Shown here one piece after another: positions 1 through 9,736 of a stretch of 64,000 nt of DNA; position 1 is the stretch's first letter, and every line of letters starts with the position of its first letter. The position numbers and the translations under genes were made by a program. The stretch spans positions 16,895-80,894 of the forward strand of contig JBFWOZ010000009.1 of NCBI GenBank assembly GCA_050250255.1, written 5' to 3'. The notes under the pieces were generated by a model that had not been told where the DNA came from, did no database searches, and saw only the letters and a program-made list of their open reading frames with translations. Origin of the DNA: Bdellovibrionales bacterium (GTDB lineage: Bacteria > Bdellovibrionota > Bdellovibrionia > Bdellovibrionales > DASUEL01).

Positions 1-2
1 TT

Positions 3-668
3 CTCATCAACGCTTCCAGCTACGAAAAAACTTCTCAGGCTGTATATTCCGACGTAGGTATACTTACTCTTGGTCACTGGCTGGAACGTGTTCTTCAAAA
101 GCCACTTTTAGATTTATGGAGTGATTGGGCTACCGAAATGGGATTTCAAAACCTCCATTTTCACGAAAACAACGTTCCTATTTATAAAAAAACTCTCTAT
201 GCACCCACAGAAGACTGCTCTTGGAGAAAAAAAATCCTTCAAGGAGAGGTTCATGACGACAACACCTGGGCTCTCGGTGGAGTTGCATCCCATGCGGGTC
301 TCTTTGGTGGGCTTGATGATTTAGAAATATGGGCCCAACACCTACGAAAAAGTTTTTATGGGCAAGGCAAAACTCTCATTGATTCTAAAGTTACACGCCT
401 ATTTTGTTCCAGAGCTATTTCAAAAGAGGAAGGGGACTGGGGTTTAGGATTTATGATGCCGACGTCAGGCTCCGCTTCTTGCGGTCAGTATTTCCATGAG
501 ACTTCTTTTGGGCATACTGGTTTTACAGGGACTTCATTCTGGTTTGATCCTAAGGCAGATTTTATGGTGATTCTTTTAAGTAACCGAGTACATCCGACTC
601 GAGCCAATCGTAAATTTATTGAACTACGTCCTCAAATTCACAATCAGCTCTACGAACATCTTATCTAA
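3..668 (+). CDS. Serine hydrolase, beta-lactamase/AmpC-like family (5'-truncated)
   Basis: The frame is open from position 3 (…AVYSDVG…). Family motifs YSD, GEVHD, HAGLF, FGHTGFTG and LSNRVHP are present. Confidence 0.85.
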   Translation, partial: LINASSYEKTSQAVYSDVGILTLGHWLERVLQKPLLDLWSDWATEMGFQNLHFHENNVPIYKKTLYAPTEDCSWRKKILQGEVHDDNTWALGGVASHAGLFGGLDDLEIWAQHLRKSFYGQGKTLIDSKVTRLFCSRAISKEEGDWGLGFMMPTSGSASCGQYFHETSFGHTGFTGTSFWFDPKADFMVILLSNRVHPTRANRKFIELRPQIHNQLYEHLI

Positions 669-674
669 AGTATT

Positions 675-1145
675 TTACAGAGCCTTCACGCATTCAATGT
701 TGCCAGTATATTGCATTTCATTAGGACTACCGTCGTAAGAAATATAGATTTTGTAAGCTCGACGTACTGCATTTCTTTGTTCACGTACAGAGGCTAAAGA
801 AACATATCTTTCTTGATTAGCGCTGTAATAAGCGATGAATCCTTGCCAATCATCCTGGTTTCTCGGAGTAGAATCACGATCTTCTTGAGGATCTCTGTCA
901 CTTTTACGGCTTGAACCAGAAAATACTTCTTGCTCATCTTGCACACGAATCGACACTGTGATTTCTGATCTCATTGCTGGCTCTCTGACATCTGCAATTG
1001 TAACAAGAACAGGTATATTATTAACTCGGCCAGAGCAGGAAAATTTTCGAAGGATTTCGCGGGCCATAACATTCGAATTATTTTGTGCTTGGGCAGTGGC
1101 AAATAAACCAAGTGAACTGAGCAAAAGAACAAGAGCTAATTTCAT
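675..1145 (-). CDS. Secreted hypothetical protein
   Basis: 156 aa with a signal peptide (MKLALVLLLSSLGLFATAQA) and an AGGAG RBS upstream. Confidence 0.7.
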   Translation of the reverse strand: MKLALVLLLSSLGLFATAQAQNNSNVMAREILRKFSCSGRVNNIPVLVTIADVREPAMRSEITVSIRVQDEQEVFSGSSRKSDRDPQEDRDSTPRNQDDWQGFIAYYSANQERYVSLASVREQRNAVRRAYKIYISYDGSPNEMQYTGNIECVKAL

Positions 1146-1230
1146 TCAATACTCCTTAAAAAGAATGATGCCAAAATCAATGGGATGAATGCAAAAGTCA
1201 AATCCCTTAGGCCAGCCATGACACAATTAC

Positions 1231-1259
1231 TTGATACAAAACTCACTTCCCTTTACGCT
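1231..1259 (+). promoter_or_regulatory. sigma70-type promoter of mpl (likely leaderless transcript)
   Basis: TTGATA-17 nt-TACGCT; the ATG at 1266 lies 6 nt after the -10 box. Confidence 0.55.
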
Positions 1260-1265
1260 TAAAGA

Positions 1266-2675
1266 ATGGAAATGCCAAAAAAGGGAAGTCATATCTACAT
1301 GATGGGAATTTGCGGAACCGCTATGGGCGGCCTGGCAGGCCTATTAAAGTCTTTAGGTTATAAAGTTACAGGGTCTGATCAAAACGTTTATCCCCCCATG
1401 TCGACTCAGCTAAAAGATATCGGAATTGAGATCGTAGAGGGCTACAAAAAGGAAAATCTGGCCTCCAAGCCCGATCTTGTCATTGTTGGTAACGTTATGA
1501 CTCAAAAGAATGAAGAGGTGCAGGCACTCCTTGCTTCAGGGATTCCCTATACTCATCTACCCAATGCTATCGGCGAATTTATTATCGAAGGCCGCGACAG
1601 CATTGTGATTTCTGGAACCCATGGAAAAACTACGACAACGGCTATGGCCTCCTTCATTGCTGAGGGACAGGGGCTAAAACCCGGGTTTTTAATTGGTGGG
1701 AAGCCTATCGATTTTCCTGTGTCTTTTCGTATTCCCCAAGGGAATACTTTTGTTATTGAAGGGGATGAATACGACACCGCTTTTTTTGCCAAAGTTCCCA
1801 AATTTTTATTCTACAAGCCGAGACACGCTATTCTCACCAGCGTAGAGTTTGATCATGCGGATATCTACAAAGATTTCGATGCCGTAAAAAAAGCATTTGA
1901 TGGGCTCCTCGATATTTTACCTTCTCACGGAACACTGGTTGCGTGTGCCGATGATGATGGCGTTTTGCAAGTTTTAAAGCATGGAACAAAAGCTCGTGTT
2001 GTCACTTATGGAATGAAGAGAGGGGACTATCAGGCAAAAAGCATTGAGCTTTCGCCTCAATATGCCTCTTTTGATATTTATTTAAAAGGTGAAAAAATAG
2101 ATCATTTACAAATTCAACTGTTTGGATCCCATAATATTAAAAATGCCCTAGCCGTCTATGCTTTAGGAAATGAATTAGAGTGGAATCTAGAAAAGTTAAA
2201 ACATTCCTTCGCACAATTTCGCGGAGTCAAAAGACGACAAGAAATCATAGGGAAACCACGCGATATCACAGTCATTGAAGACTTCGCACATCATCCTACA
2301 GCCGTAAAAGTGACGGCTCAATCCATTCGGGATCGCTTTCCAGGACGACGTATCTACACGGTATTTGAGCCTCGATCCGCAACAAGCCGACGCAAAGTTT
2401 TTCAAAAAGATTATGTTGAAGCCTTTACGGGTGATTGGACGTGTTTGTTTGCTAAACCTTTCAATCAATCTAATATCCAAGAGGATGATCGATTTTCTTC
2501 TGAAGATTTAGTGAACGATCTTAAGAAAAACAAGGTCAATACGGAACTCTTCAGTAATGTAAATGAGATTGTAGGCTATCTCAAAAAACATGCGCAATCT
2601 GGCGATGTTATTCTTATCATGAGCAACGGTGGCTTCGATGGAATCTACCAGAAGCTCCTAACTTCTCTCGCTTAA
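1266..2675 (+). CDS. mpl: UDP-MurNAc:L-Ala-gamma-D-Glu-mDAP ligase (murein peptide ligase)
   Basis: Motifs GICGTAMG, GSDQNVYPPMS, GTHGKTTT, EGDEYDTAFF, EFDHADIY, DFAHHPTA and MSNGGF. Confidence 0.93.
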   Translation: MEMPKKGSHIYMMGICGTAMGGLAGLLKSLGYKVTGSDQNVYPPMSTQLKDIGIEIVEGYKKENLASKPDLVIVGNVMTQKNEEVQALLASGIPYTHLPNAIGEFIIEGRDSIVISGTHGKTTTTAMASFIAEGQGLKPGFLIGGKPIDFPVSFRIPQGNTFVIEGDEYDTAFFAKVPKFLFYKPRHAILTSVEFDHADIYKDFDAVKKAFDGLLDILPSHGTLVACADDDGVLQVLKHGTKARVVTYGMKRGDYQAKSIELSPQYASFDIYLKGEKIDHLQIQLFGSHNIKNALAVYALGNELEWNLEKLKHSFAQFRGVKRRQEIIGKPRDITVIEDFAHHPTAVKVTAQSIRDRFPGRRIYTVFEPRSATSRRKVFQKDYVEAFTGDWTCLFAKPFNQSNIQEDDRFSSEDLVNDLKKNKVNTELFSNVNEIVGYLKKHAQSGDVILIMSNGGFDGIYQKLLTSLA

Positions 2676-2814
2676 GCGGAGCTGTTCATTAAATAAAGGT
2701 GATTAACTTTTAGACACGTCTGGGATCTTCTTCAGAGTGTCTTGCCTGCATTGCATAAACCTCTCTGATCATCTAAATTTCTCTCGTATATCGATTTTTT
2801 TAAAGGAGCTTGCT

Positions 2815-5157
2815 TTGAAAAAAACATCGTATTTTTTTGCGATTTTTTGTTTTGCTATTTCGTCCGTGGCTCACACACAGCAGACTCAATCTGTAGAAAT
2901 GCAAGTCGCCAACGAACTTCTCGAGGCCTTTGGAGAAGGATGTTCTAATAACGGTGCGTTCAGCACAACCACACAACAGCATGGAACCACAATTGTAAGA
3001 GTACTTGAAACAATTAAAGATGCTCCTGAATGCTCCACACTTCCATACGCTGTGGCCGCTCTCAATAATGCTCAAGGCAATCTCAACGCGATTTTACAAG
3101 TCTCTCAAGAAGAGCGGGATCTCTTGGCCTCTCGTGAGCAAGAAAAAGCCATGCTTCTTGCACTCGCCGCCGCCAAAGAAGATCACACGACAACAGCGGA
3201 TGATTTGTATCTCATCAAGCAAGAGCTCATCCGCGCAAAAAGTGAAGTGGCGCGCGCCCAAGAGTACGTTAATACCTATCAAAAAAATCGTGTATTGAGT
3301 TTACAAAACGAAGCTTACAACAGCCTTGTCTCCTCAACCAAATCGCTTTTTGGCCAAGGCGCTGCCAACCAACTTTGTTGGAGCGCACAGAGACAAGTAC
3401 TGAGCGGCATCACGGCCGCAGCAGCCACCATTGTTTCCTCTGCGGTATCATCTTCCATATCACTTCCGCTATCTGCGGGAGCCGAGCTGGTTGGACAAAT
3501 TATGGAAATCGTACGACAGTCCAGAATTAACAGACAAATTTCTAAAGTAGCAATGGGGTCGGCAACACGCGCCTATCAATGTACGATGGAGCAACTTTCT
3601 GGCCACTGGTGTGCTGCCAGAGATGCAAAAACAATTTCCAACTTTATGCTCTCAGCTCTCTCAAATAAGCGACATAACAATGGGATTTTTGAAGCTTTAA
3701 AAGTTTTAGATCAGGAGCTTCCTGCCGTTGTGAAGTGGCTTGAGAGAGTCCGCATCGCCTCAGAACCAGCTAACGTGGCCGCGGCCAAGCAGCAAGCGTT
3801 AACGATTTACCGTGATAGTCGTGTTAATACCTCTCTCGTGCTTGGCCTCGGAGTGGTGAAACAGCATAAACCTTTATTTGCTGCGAAACCTACCAAAGAA
3901 CAAAAGTGGTTTGAAATTCGCAATACCATTGACGATATTCTGCAACAAACTGATGCGGCCTCTTACTTCAATATGCAGTACGGAAGTATCGTAAATCCCA
4001 TTTATCAAATTTATAGTCCTAGTATCGCTCCCTACATTCTTCTTGGCCGAGCCAGCAACGATATTCCACGTGATCAAAATGGAAATCTTATCCCTTGGGC
4101 TTCGTTCAACGCCCTTGATCCAAAAGACTGGGGTAAACCTACCGTTTATGATCCTAATATTGATCAGCTAGAACAGCAGTTTCGTCAGTGGATGAAACTC
4201 GCTGCCGAATCTACAAAAGGCGAAATGCAGCAGGATCTTCAATCAAACCCTTTACTTATTATTCAAGAATTTTTTGATATTGATGTGGATGACAGCTCTG
4301 TTGCTTCTTCACTCAATGAAATTATTGTGTACCTGGAAACAAAAATGAGTCCCGACCAACGTAACTCCGTCAATAAAAGATACTACGGTCTTACACTTAA
4401 TCAGTTGAAACAAATTAAAATGGCCATGGATGAAGCCAACAACGTACCTCCAGAAACCTGTATTCGTCGAAACAGTTCCGCAGGCAGTACAGTTTGTCAG
4501 AGTGATATCGATGCCATTGGACGTGTCGCCAACATTGCAAATCTCAATCTTGGCGTAACAGAATTCCAAGACGCCGTCACACGTCTTATGCGGGTGAACA
4601 TTAACAAAATCATTCAAACAGGCATTCTCGATGACGATCTTGAAACGGTCCTCGTAGGTTCTTACGATGTTCTTCGAGAACTAGATAACCTCCGCGGTGC
4701 CGGTGGTCCGCAAGCGGTCATCAAAGATGCCAACGCCGCACAGAGTTCGACACAAGATACACTTAATGCCTTTGGTGATACTTTTGCTGACGGTATGAGA
4801 AAAGTCCTTGAGAACTATAATTCAAAAATCGCTCAAGCAAGGGAAGCAGGCGACAAAGAAGCTAACACACGCATGAAGGCTGATTTATGCTTTAAGCTTC
4901 TTGCTCTTCCTATTTGGCCCACTAAAAAAATTCCAACCAACCTCTGCGAAGGTGTGAAAATGGTATCTGACCTCACCGGCGGCCCGGATATGAAAGTTTG
5001 GAAGAAGGAACTTATTAACGAAAAGTTCCTCGAGCGCGCCTGTATTTATCATGACTTCGAACGAGATGAAGACATCTTTGCGAGAAATTGTGCTAGAAAA
5101 GGGCGTGGCTGCGAAGGCGGAAACCCCAAACTCAAATTCAACAAAAGTCTTCAATAA
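2815..5157 (+). CDS. Large secreted helical hypothetical protein
   Basis: Long ORF. TTG at 2815 follows an AAGGAG RBS and yields a signal peptide (…FAISSVAHT); the ORF track starts at 2737. Confidence 0.7.
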   Translation: MKKTSYFFAIFCFAISSVAHTQQTQSVEMQVANELLEAFGEGCSNNGAFSTTTQQHGTTIVRVLETIKDAPECSTLPYAVAALNNAQGNLNAILQVSQEERDLLASREQEKAMLLALAAAKEDHTTTADDLYLIKQELIRAKSEVARAQEYVNTYQKNRVLSLQNEAYNSLVSSTKSLFGQGAANQLCWSAQRQVLSGITAAAATIVSSAVSSSISLPLSAGAELVGQIMEIVRQSRINRQISKVAMGSATRAYQCTMEQLSGHWCAARDAKTISNFMLSALSNKRHNNGIFEALKVLDQELPAVVKWLERVRIASEPANVAAAKQQALTIYRDSRVNTSLVLGLGVVKQHKPLFAAKPTKEQKWFEIRNTIDDILQQTDAASYFNMQYGSIVNPIYQIYSPSIAPYILLGRASNDIPRDQNGNLIPWASFNALDPKDWGKPTVYDPNIDQLEQQFRQWMKLAAESTKGEMQQDLQSNPLLIIQEFFDIDVDDSSVASSLNEIIVYLETKMSPDQRNSVNKRYYGLTLNQLKQIKMAMDEANNVPPETCIRRNSSAGSTVCQSDIDAIGRVANIANLNLGVTEFQDAVTRLMRVNINKIIQTGILDDDLETVLVGSYDVLRELDNLRGAGGPQAVIKDANAAQSSTQDTLNAFGDTFADGMRKVLENYNSKIAQAREAGDKEANTRMKADLCFKLLALPIWPTKKIPTNLCEGVKMVSDLTGGPDMKVWKKELINEKFLERACIYHDFERDEDIFARNCARKGRGCEGGNPKLKFNKSLQ

Positions 5158-7917
5158 TTAAACTGTCATCTGTCTTAATACGTAATTTAAGATGCCACCA
5201 TTTTTGTAATATTCAAGTTCATTGGCGGTATCGATACGTGATTGTACCGTGATGTTTTTTATCGTTCCATCTCTCGCCGTGACTGTTACGTTCACTTTCT
5301 GTCCTGGCTTCATAGTCGCTAGATCTAAGATCTCAAAAGTTTCATCACCTGTTAAACGATTCGTGTAGAGAGATTCTCCAGACAAAAATTGTAGTGGGAG
5401 CACTCCCATTCCTACAAGATTCGAACGGTGAATACGTTCAAAGCTTTCCGCGATGACCGCCCGAACACCAAGAAGCTTTGTTCCTTTCGCCGCCCAGTCA
5501 CGGGAAGAACCAGTTCCGTATTCTTTTCCTGCCAAAATAACGAGAGGCGTGTGAGTTTTTTCATACTCTTGGGCTGCATCGTAAATCGTCATCTGTTTGT
5601 TACTTGGTTTATGAGTGGTCACACCACCTTCAATTCCTGGAACCATCAAGTTCTTAAGACGAATGTTGGCAAACGTCCCGCGAATCATCACTTCGTGATT
5701 TCCGCGGCGTGCTCCGTAAGAGTTAAAGTCGACCGGTTTCACTCCATGAGCCATAAGATATTTCGCGGCAGGACTGTCTTTCGCAATAGAGCCGGCAGGA
5801 CTGATGTGGTCCGTTGTGACCGAGTCTCCAAACATACAAAGAACTTTTGCTCCCGAGATGTCTTTTACAACTGCGGCTATCTTAGACATGTTATCAAAGA
5901 ACGGCGGTTCTTTGATATAAGTAGATTTATTATCCCACTGGTACAATTCACCGCTAACCCCTTGAATCGCTTGCCACTCTTCAGCGCCGGCAAACACGTC
6001 GGTGTAACCTGCTTTAAACTGTGTGGATGTCACAAATTTATTGACCGTGGCATTGACCTCTTCATGGGATGGCCAAATATCTTTTAAGAAAACATCTTTC
6101 CCATCTTTATCTTGGGCAATTGCGACTTTTGTTAAATCCATTTGTGCGTTTCCAGCAAGTGCGTACGCCACAACAAGTGGGGGAGAAGCTAAATAGTTGG
6201 CTCGTACAAAAGGATTAATACGTCCTTCAAAATTACGGTTACCAGAGAGAACGCCGGCTACGGAAAGATTTCCTTTTACAACCGCATCGCTGATGTGTTG
6301 AGGAAGTGGACCGCTGTTTCCGATACAGGTTGTGCACCCATAACCAACAACGTGAAATCCTATTTTTTCCAAATAAGGCATTAAACCCGAATCAATAAGA
6401 TATGATGTCACGACTTTGGACCCCGGAGCCAAACTTGTCTTCACCCATGGCTTTACCGTAAGACCTTTTTCACAGGCTTTCTTAGCGAGAAGGCCTGCGG
6501 CCACCATCACAGAAGGGTTCGAGGTATTAGTGCACGAAGTGATCGCAGCGATGGCCACCGAACCGTGCTCAAGATTGTAGGTCGCTCCCGAAGGATCTTT
6601 TACAGAAACTTGAACGTTTAAAGAACCAAGCTTCGAAGAAGGATCTTTGGCGTTCACACCTTCAATGATCCACTTTTTAATTTCAGGAGTAGTTACATCC
6701 AAATCTTTTTCAAAACGTGTGGCGACAGACTGACGAAGAGAAGCGCCAACAGCAGCAAGCACCACTCGATCCTGCGGACGAGCAGGACCTGCAAGAGAAG
6801 ATTCCACCTGAGAAAGATCTAATTCTAAAGTGTCCGTGTATTCTGGCTGCGGTTGAGAAGGGGAATACCAGAGACCTTGAGCCTTATAATATTCTTCTGC
6901 ACGAGCGGCGTAGTCCTGACGGTTTGTCATACGAAGATAGTTAATAGTTTGTTCGTCAACAGGGAAAAGACCCACCGTTGCTCCGTATTCGGGAGCCATA
7001 TTCGCAATTGTGGCGCGATCCGCAAGAGAAAGCGCAGACAAACCTGGGCCAAAAAACTCTACGAACTTACCAACGACTCCTTTTTTACGAAGCATCTGGG
7101 TGACGGTTAGAACAAGATCGGTGGCCGTAGCTCCGGGAGCTAACTGACCTGTTAATTTAAATCCCACAACTTGCGGAATTAGCATCGTGATCGGTTGCCC
7201 TAACATCACGGCTTCGGCTTCAATACCACCGACACCCCAACCTAAAACACCTAAACCATTGATCATCGTCGTATGAGAATCAGTTCCGACAAGTGTATCC
7301 GGGTAGAGCCATTCGCCATCTTCACGTTGGGCGGTCATCGCAAGATATGCGAGAAACTCTAAATTCACCTGATGTACGATACCTGTTCCTGGAGGAACAA
7401 CTTGAAAATTTTGGAAAGCTGTTTGTCCCCATTTGAGGAACAAATAACGTTCCATATTTCGTTCAAATTCAAGTTTGGTATTTTCTTTGAGAGCCGAAGT
7501 TTTTCCATAAACATCCACTTGCACCGAGTGATCAATAACAAGAGCAACAGGCTGTAGAGGATTAATTCGAGAAGCTTTTGCGCCCAATTTTTGAATCGCG
7601 CCTCTCATCGCGGCAAGATCCGCCACTGCAGGCACACCCGTGAAATCTTGGAGAACAACGCGACCAGGAGTGAATTGAATTTCACGATCAGGCTCTTCTT
7701 TCGCATTCCAATGCAAAACCGCATCTACATCTTCTTTTTTGATGGCGATACCGTCTTCAAAACGCAGAAGATTTTCGACAAGAATTTTTAACGAGAAGGG
7801 GAGTCGATCGAGGTTGACCTTCTTGTTTTCCGCCAATTTTTTTAAGGAGTGGTATTGATAACTGTTGGCGCCAACCTTCAGTGTCGTTTTTGTGCCATAG
7901 CTATTGAGAAATGCCAT
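5158..7917 (-). CDS. acnA: Aconitate hydratase A
   Basis: Motifs LQDFTGVP, DHSVQVD, GTDSHT, AITSCTNTSNP, GCTTCIGNSG and GSSRDWAAKG. ATG at 7917 follows a GAGG RBS. Confidence 0.97.
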   Translation of the reverse strand: MAFLNSYGTKTTLKVGANSYQYHSLKKLAENKKVNLDRLPFSLKILVENLLRFEDGIAIKKEDVDAVLHWNAKEEPDREIQFTPGRVVLQDFTGVPAVADLAAMRGAIQKLGAKASRINPLQPVALVIDHSVQVDVYGKTSALKENTKLEFERNMERYLFLKWGQTAFQNFQVVPPGTGIVHQVNLEFLAYLAMTAQREDGEWLYPDTLVGTDSHTTMINGLGVLGWGVGGIEAEAVMLGQPITMLIPQVVGFKLTGQLAPGATATDLVLTVTQMLRKKGVVGKFVEFFGPGLSALSLADRATIANMAPEYGATVGLFPVDEQTINYLRMTNRQDYAARAEEYYKAQGLWYSPSQPQPEYTDTLELDLSQVESSLAGPARPQDRVVLAAVGASLRQSVATRFEKDLDVTTPEIKKWIIEGVNAKDPSSKLGSLNVQVSVKDPSGATYNLEHGSVAIAAITSCTNTSNPSVMVAAGLLAKKACEKGLTVKPWVKTSLAPGSKVVTSYLIDSGLMPYLEKIGFHVVGYGCTTCIGNSGPLPQHISDAVVKGNLSVAGVLSGNRNFEGRINPFVRANYLASPPLVVAYALAGNAQMDLTKVAIAQDKDGKDVFLKDIWPSHEEVNATVNKFVTSTQFKAGYTDVFAGAEEWQAIQGVSGELYQWDNKSTYIKEPPFFDNMSKIAAVVKDISGAKVLCMFGDSVTTDHISPAGSIAKDSPAAKYLMAHGVKPVDFNSYGARRGNHEVMIRGTFANIRLKNLMVPGIEGGVTTHKPSNKQMTIYDAAQEYEKTHTPLVILAGKEYGTGSSRDWAAKGTKLLGVRAVIAESFERIHRSNLVGMGVLPLQFLSGESLYTNRLTGDETFEILDLATMKPGQKVNVTVTARDGTIKNITVQSRIDTANELEYYKNGGILNYVLRQMTV

Positions 7918-7990
7918 GTAGACCTCGTCTGTTAATCGTGATGTTGAACTTGTATCACTCAATGATTGCAGACGATCTACAGGTGGTCAA

Positions 7991-8116
7991 AAGAAAGTCG
8001 CTATAAAGGCCGGATCCTTCGTTGCTCGGTCGGGCCACTTGTGCAGCGTGCAGGCAGCACGCTTTCCGCGCGACCCTCGGTCGCGCCTCGGCTGCGGCCT
8101 TTATAGCGACTTTCTT
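7991..8116. repeat. Intergenic palindromic (MITE/REP-like) element with 22-bp perfect arms
   Basis: aagaaagtcgctataaaggccg (7991-8012) is the exact reverse complement of 8095-8116. The GC-rich interior contains the hairpin agcgtgc-aggca-gcacgct. Confidence 0.8.
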
Positions 8117-8119
8117 GCA

Positions 8120-8860
8120 TTAAAAATGCTCATCGGAGTCCATAAATCTCCAACACCCAATGGGAAGTGCACCTAACTTCACGCGGCCAATTCTTACACG
8201 CTTAATCCGACTCACATGAAGATTAATGAGATCACACATACGTCGAATTTGACGTTTTTTACCCTCTTTGAGAACAAATCTCAAAAGCCCTACGTCGAGT
8301 TGATCAATATGGGCGCGTCGAAGAGGCTGGCCATCCAATTCCAGGCCAAACCTTAAAAGTTCAAGGTCTTTCTCAGCAACCTCACCTCGAACGCGAACAA
8401 GATATTCTTTTTCAAGGTTTCCGTCTTCTCCCACCAGCTGTTTCGCAACACGGCCATCCTGAGTGAAAATCAAAAGACCTTGAGAGTCGATGTCCAAGCG
8501 ACCCGCAGGGGCCAAACCTTCAAAATCAGACTTTTTTAGAGGGCGTGAAGGACTCGCAGGATCTCGGTTGGAATCGATGATCAGCTTTACCGCAGGCTCA
8601 TAGTTATCTTCAGGCTGTCCAGAGACAAAACCCACGGGCTTATTGAGCAAAATGGTGACACTTGACTCCATTTCCATCTGAGCTTTGAAGTCTAATTCGA
8701 TTTTTTGAGAGCGGGTCACTTTATAGCCTAATTCGGAGATTCGCTGACCATCCACAAAGACCTGCCCTAGCCGGATGAAGTCGTCGGCTTCGCGTCGGGA
8801 ACAGAGGCCGAGCTCCGACATGCGTTTGGAAAGGCGAATGAGTTCTTCTGAATTCGACAT
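8120..8860 (-). CDS. rRNA pseudouridine synthase (RsuA/RluB/E/F family) with S4 domain
   Basis: S4 motif CSRREAD, LLNKPVG, catalytic GRLD and EGKKRQIRRM. Confidence 0.92.
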   Translation of the reverse strand: MSNSEELIRLSKRMSELGLCSRREADDFIRLGQVFVDGQRISELGYKVTRSQKIELDFKAQMEMESSVTILLNKPVGFVSGQPEDNYEPAVKLIIDSNRDPASPSRPLKKSDFEGLAPAGRLDIDSQGLLIFTQDGRVAKQLVGEDGNLEKEYLVRVRGEVAEKDLELLRFGLELDGQPLRRAHIDQLDVGLLRFVLKEGKKRQIRRMCDLINLHVSRIKRVRIGRVKLGALPIGCWRFMDSDEHF

Positions 8861-8866
8861 GAATGA

Positions 8867-8895
8867 AAGATACACGATCTCTCATGGGGCGTCAA
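8867..8895 (-). promoter_or_regulatory. sigma70-type promoter of the pseudouridine synthase gene (likely leaderless)
   Basis: Minus strand reads TTGACG-17 nt-TATCTT, then 6 nt, then the ATG at 8860. Confidence 0.55.
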
Positions 8896-8963
8896 AATTT
8901 GACTACAAACCGATGAACCAGTGAAATTAAGTGCTTAACCAAACAAGTAAAAGGAAGGTCTCA

Positions 8964-9704
8964 ATGAACGACCATAAAGAACGCAAATTGGATAAACAGG
9001 AAGTAAAAAAACCTGATGCCTTCCTCACCCTTGCGAATGAATTCATTCGCATTATCACAAAATATCGCGGTCCAGTGATGGCAGGCATTGCGGTTGTACT
9101 TTTGGGTTCCGTGGCAATAGGCGTTTATATCTTTTATCAAGAATCGGTGGAACAAAAAGCTCAAGATGCTCTTTTTGCAGCACGAAAAAAATTGCGACCC
9201 GAACTATCGGCACCATTAGGCCAACAGCCAACCATCACCGCAAAGACACTGAACGAAGATTCTATTCAACAATTAGATTCTGTGATGAACCAATATCCTA
9301 AAAGCCGAGCGGCGATTGTTGCGGCCATTGAACTTTCTCAAGCGTATCTTGAAGAAAACAAGAGCACAGAGGCTGTAGGTGCAATTAAAAAAGTGACGCC
9401 TTCTCTCAACTCTCGTGATGTTCTCTACGGAATGTATCAATACCAACTAGGAAAAGCCCTTAGCAGTGCAGGCCAATGTCCAGAAGCACTCGCTCCTTTA
9501 AATGCCCTTGCGAATTCTTCTGGTGCCGCCACTATTTTTAAATCTGGCGCACTTTTGCAAACAGGCCTTTGTTACGAAGCGATGAAACAGCCAGAAAAAG
9601 CAATCGAAGTTTATGAACGCATTACAAAAGAATACACTGAAGGTGCTTCTTCTGAATCTGCTAAAAAATATCTTCGTCTATTAAAAAGAAATTCAAAGTC
9701 CTAA
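8964..9704 (+). CDS. Membrane-anchored TPR protein, YfgM-like
   Basis: Single N-terminal TM helix and TPR-like repeats, directly upstream of a BamB-like gene as in yfgM-bamB. ATG at 8964 follows AGGAAGG. Confidence 0.7.
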   Translation: MNDHKERKLDKQEVKKPDAFLTLANEFIRIITKYRGPVMAGIAVVLLGSVAIGVYIFYQESVEQKAQDALFAARKKLRPELSAPLGQQPTITAKTLNEDSIQQLDSVMNQYPKSRAAIVAAIELSQAYLEENKSTEAVGAIKKVTPSLNSRDVLYGMYQYQLGKALSSAGQCPEALAPLNALANSSGAATIFKSGALLQTGLCYEAMKQPEKAIEVYERITKEYTEGASSESAKKYLRLLKRNSKS

Positions 9705-9736
9705 TTTTTCTCAATGGTCCATGGAGGCTACTCAAG

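Noticed and set aside
5428..6087. 219-aa ORF antisense to acnA, and similar shadow ORFs opposite pnp, mutS, potBC and bamB
   Set aside because: They are fully nested opposite well-conserved genes and have no recognisable motifs, which is typical of antisense open frames.
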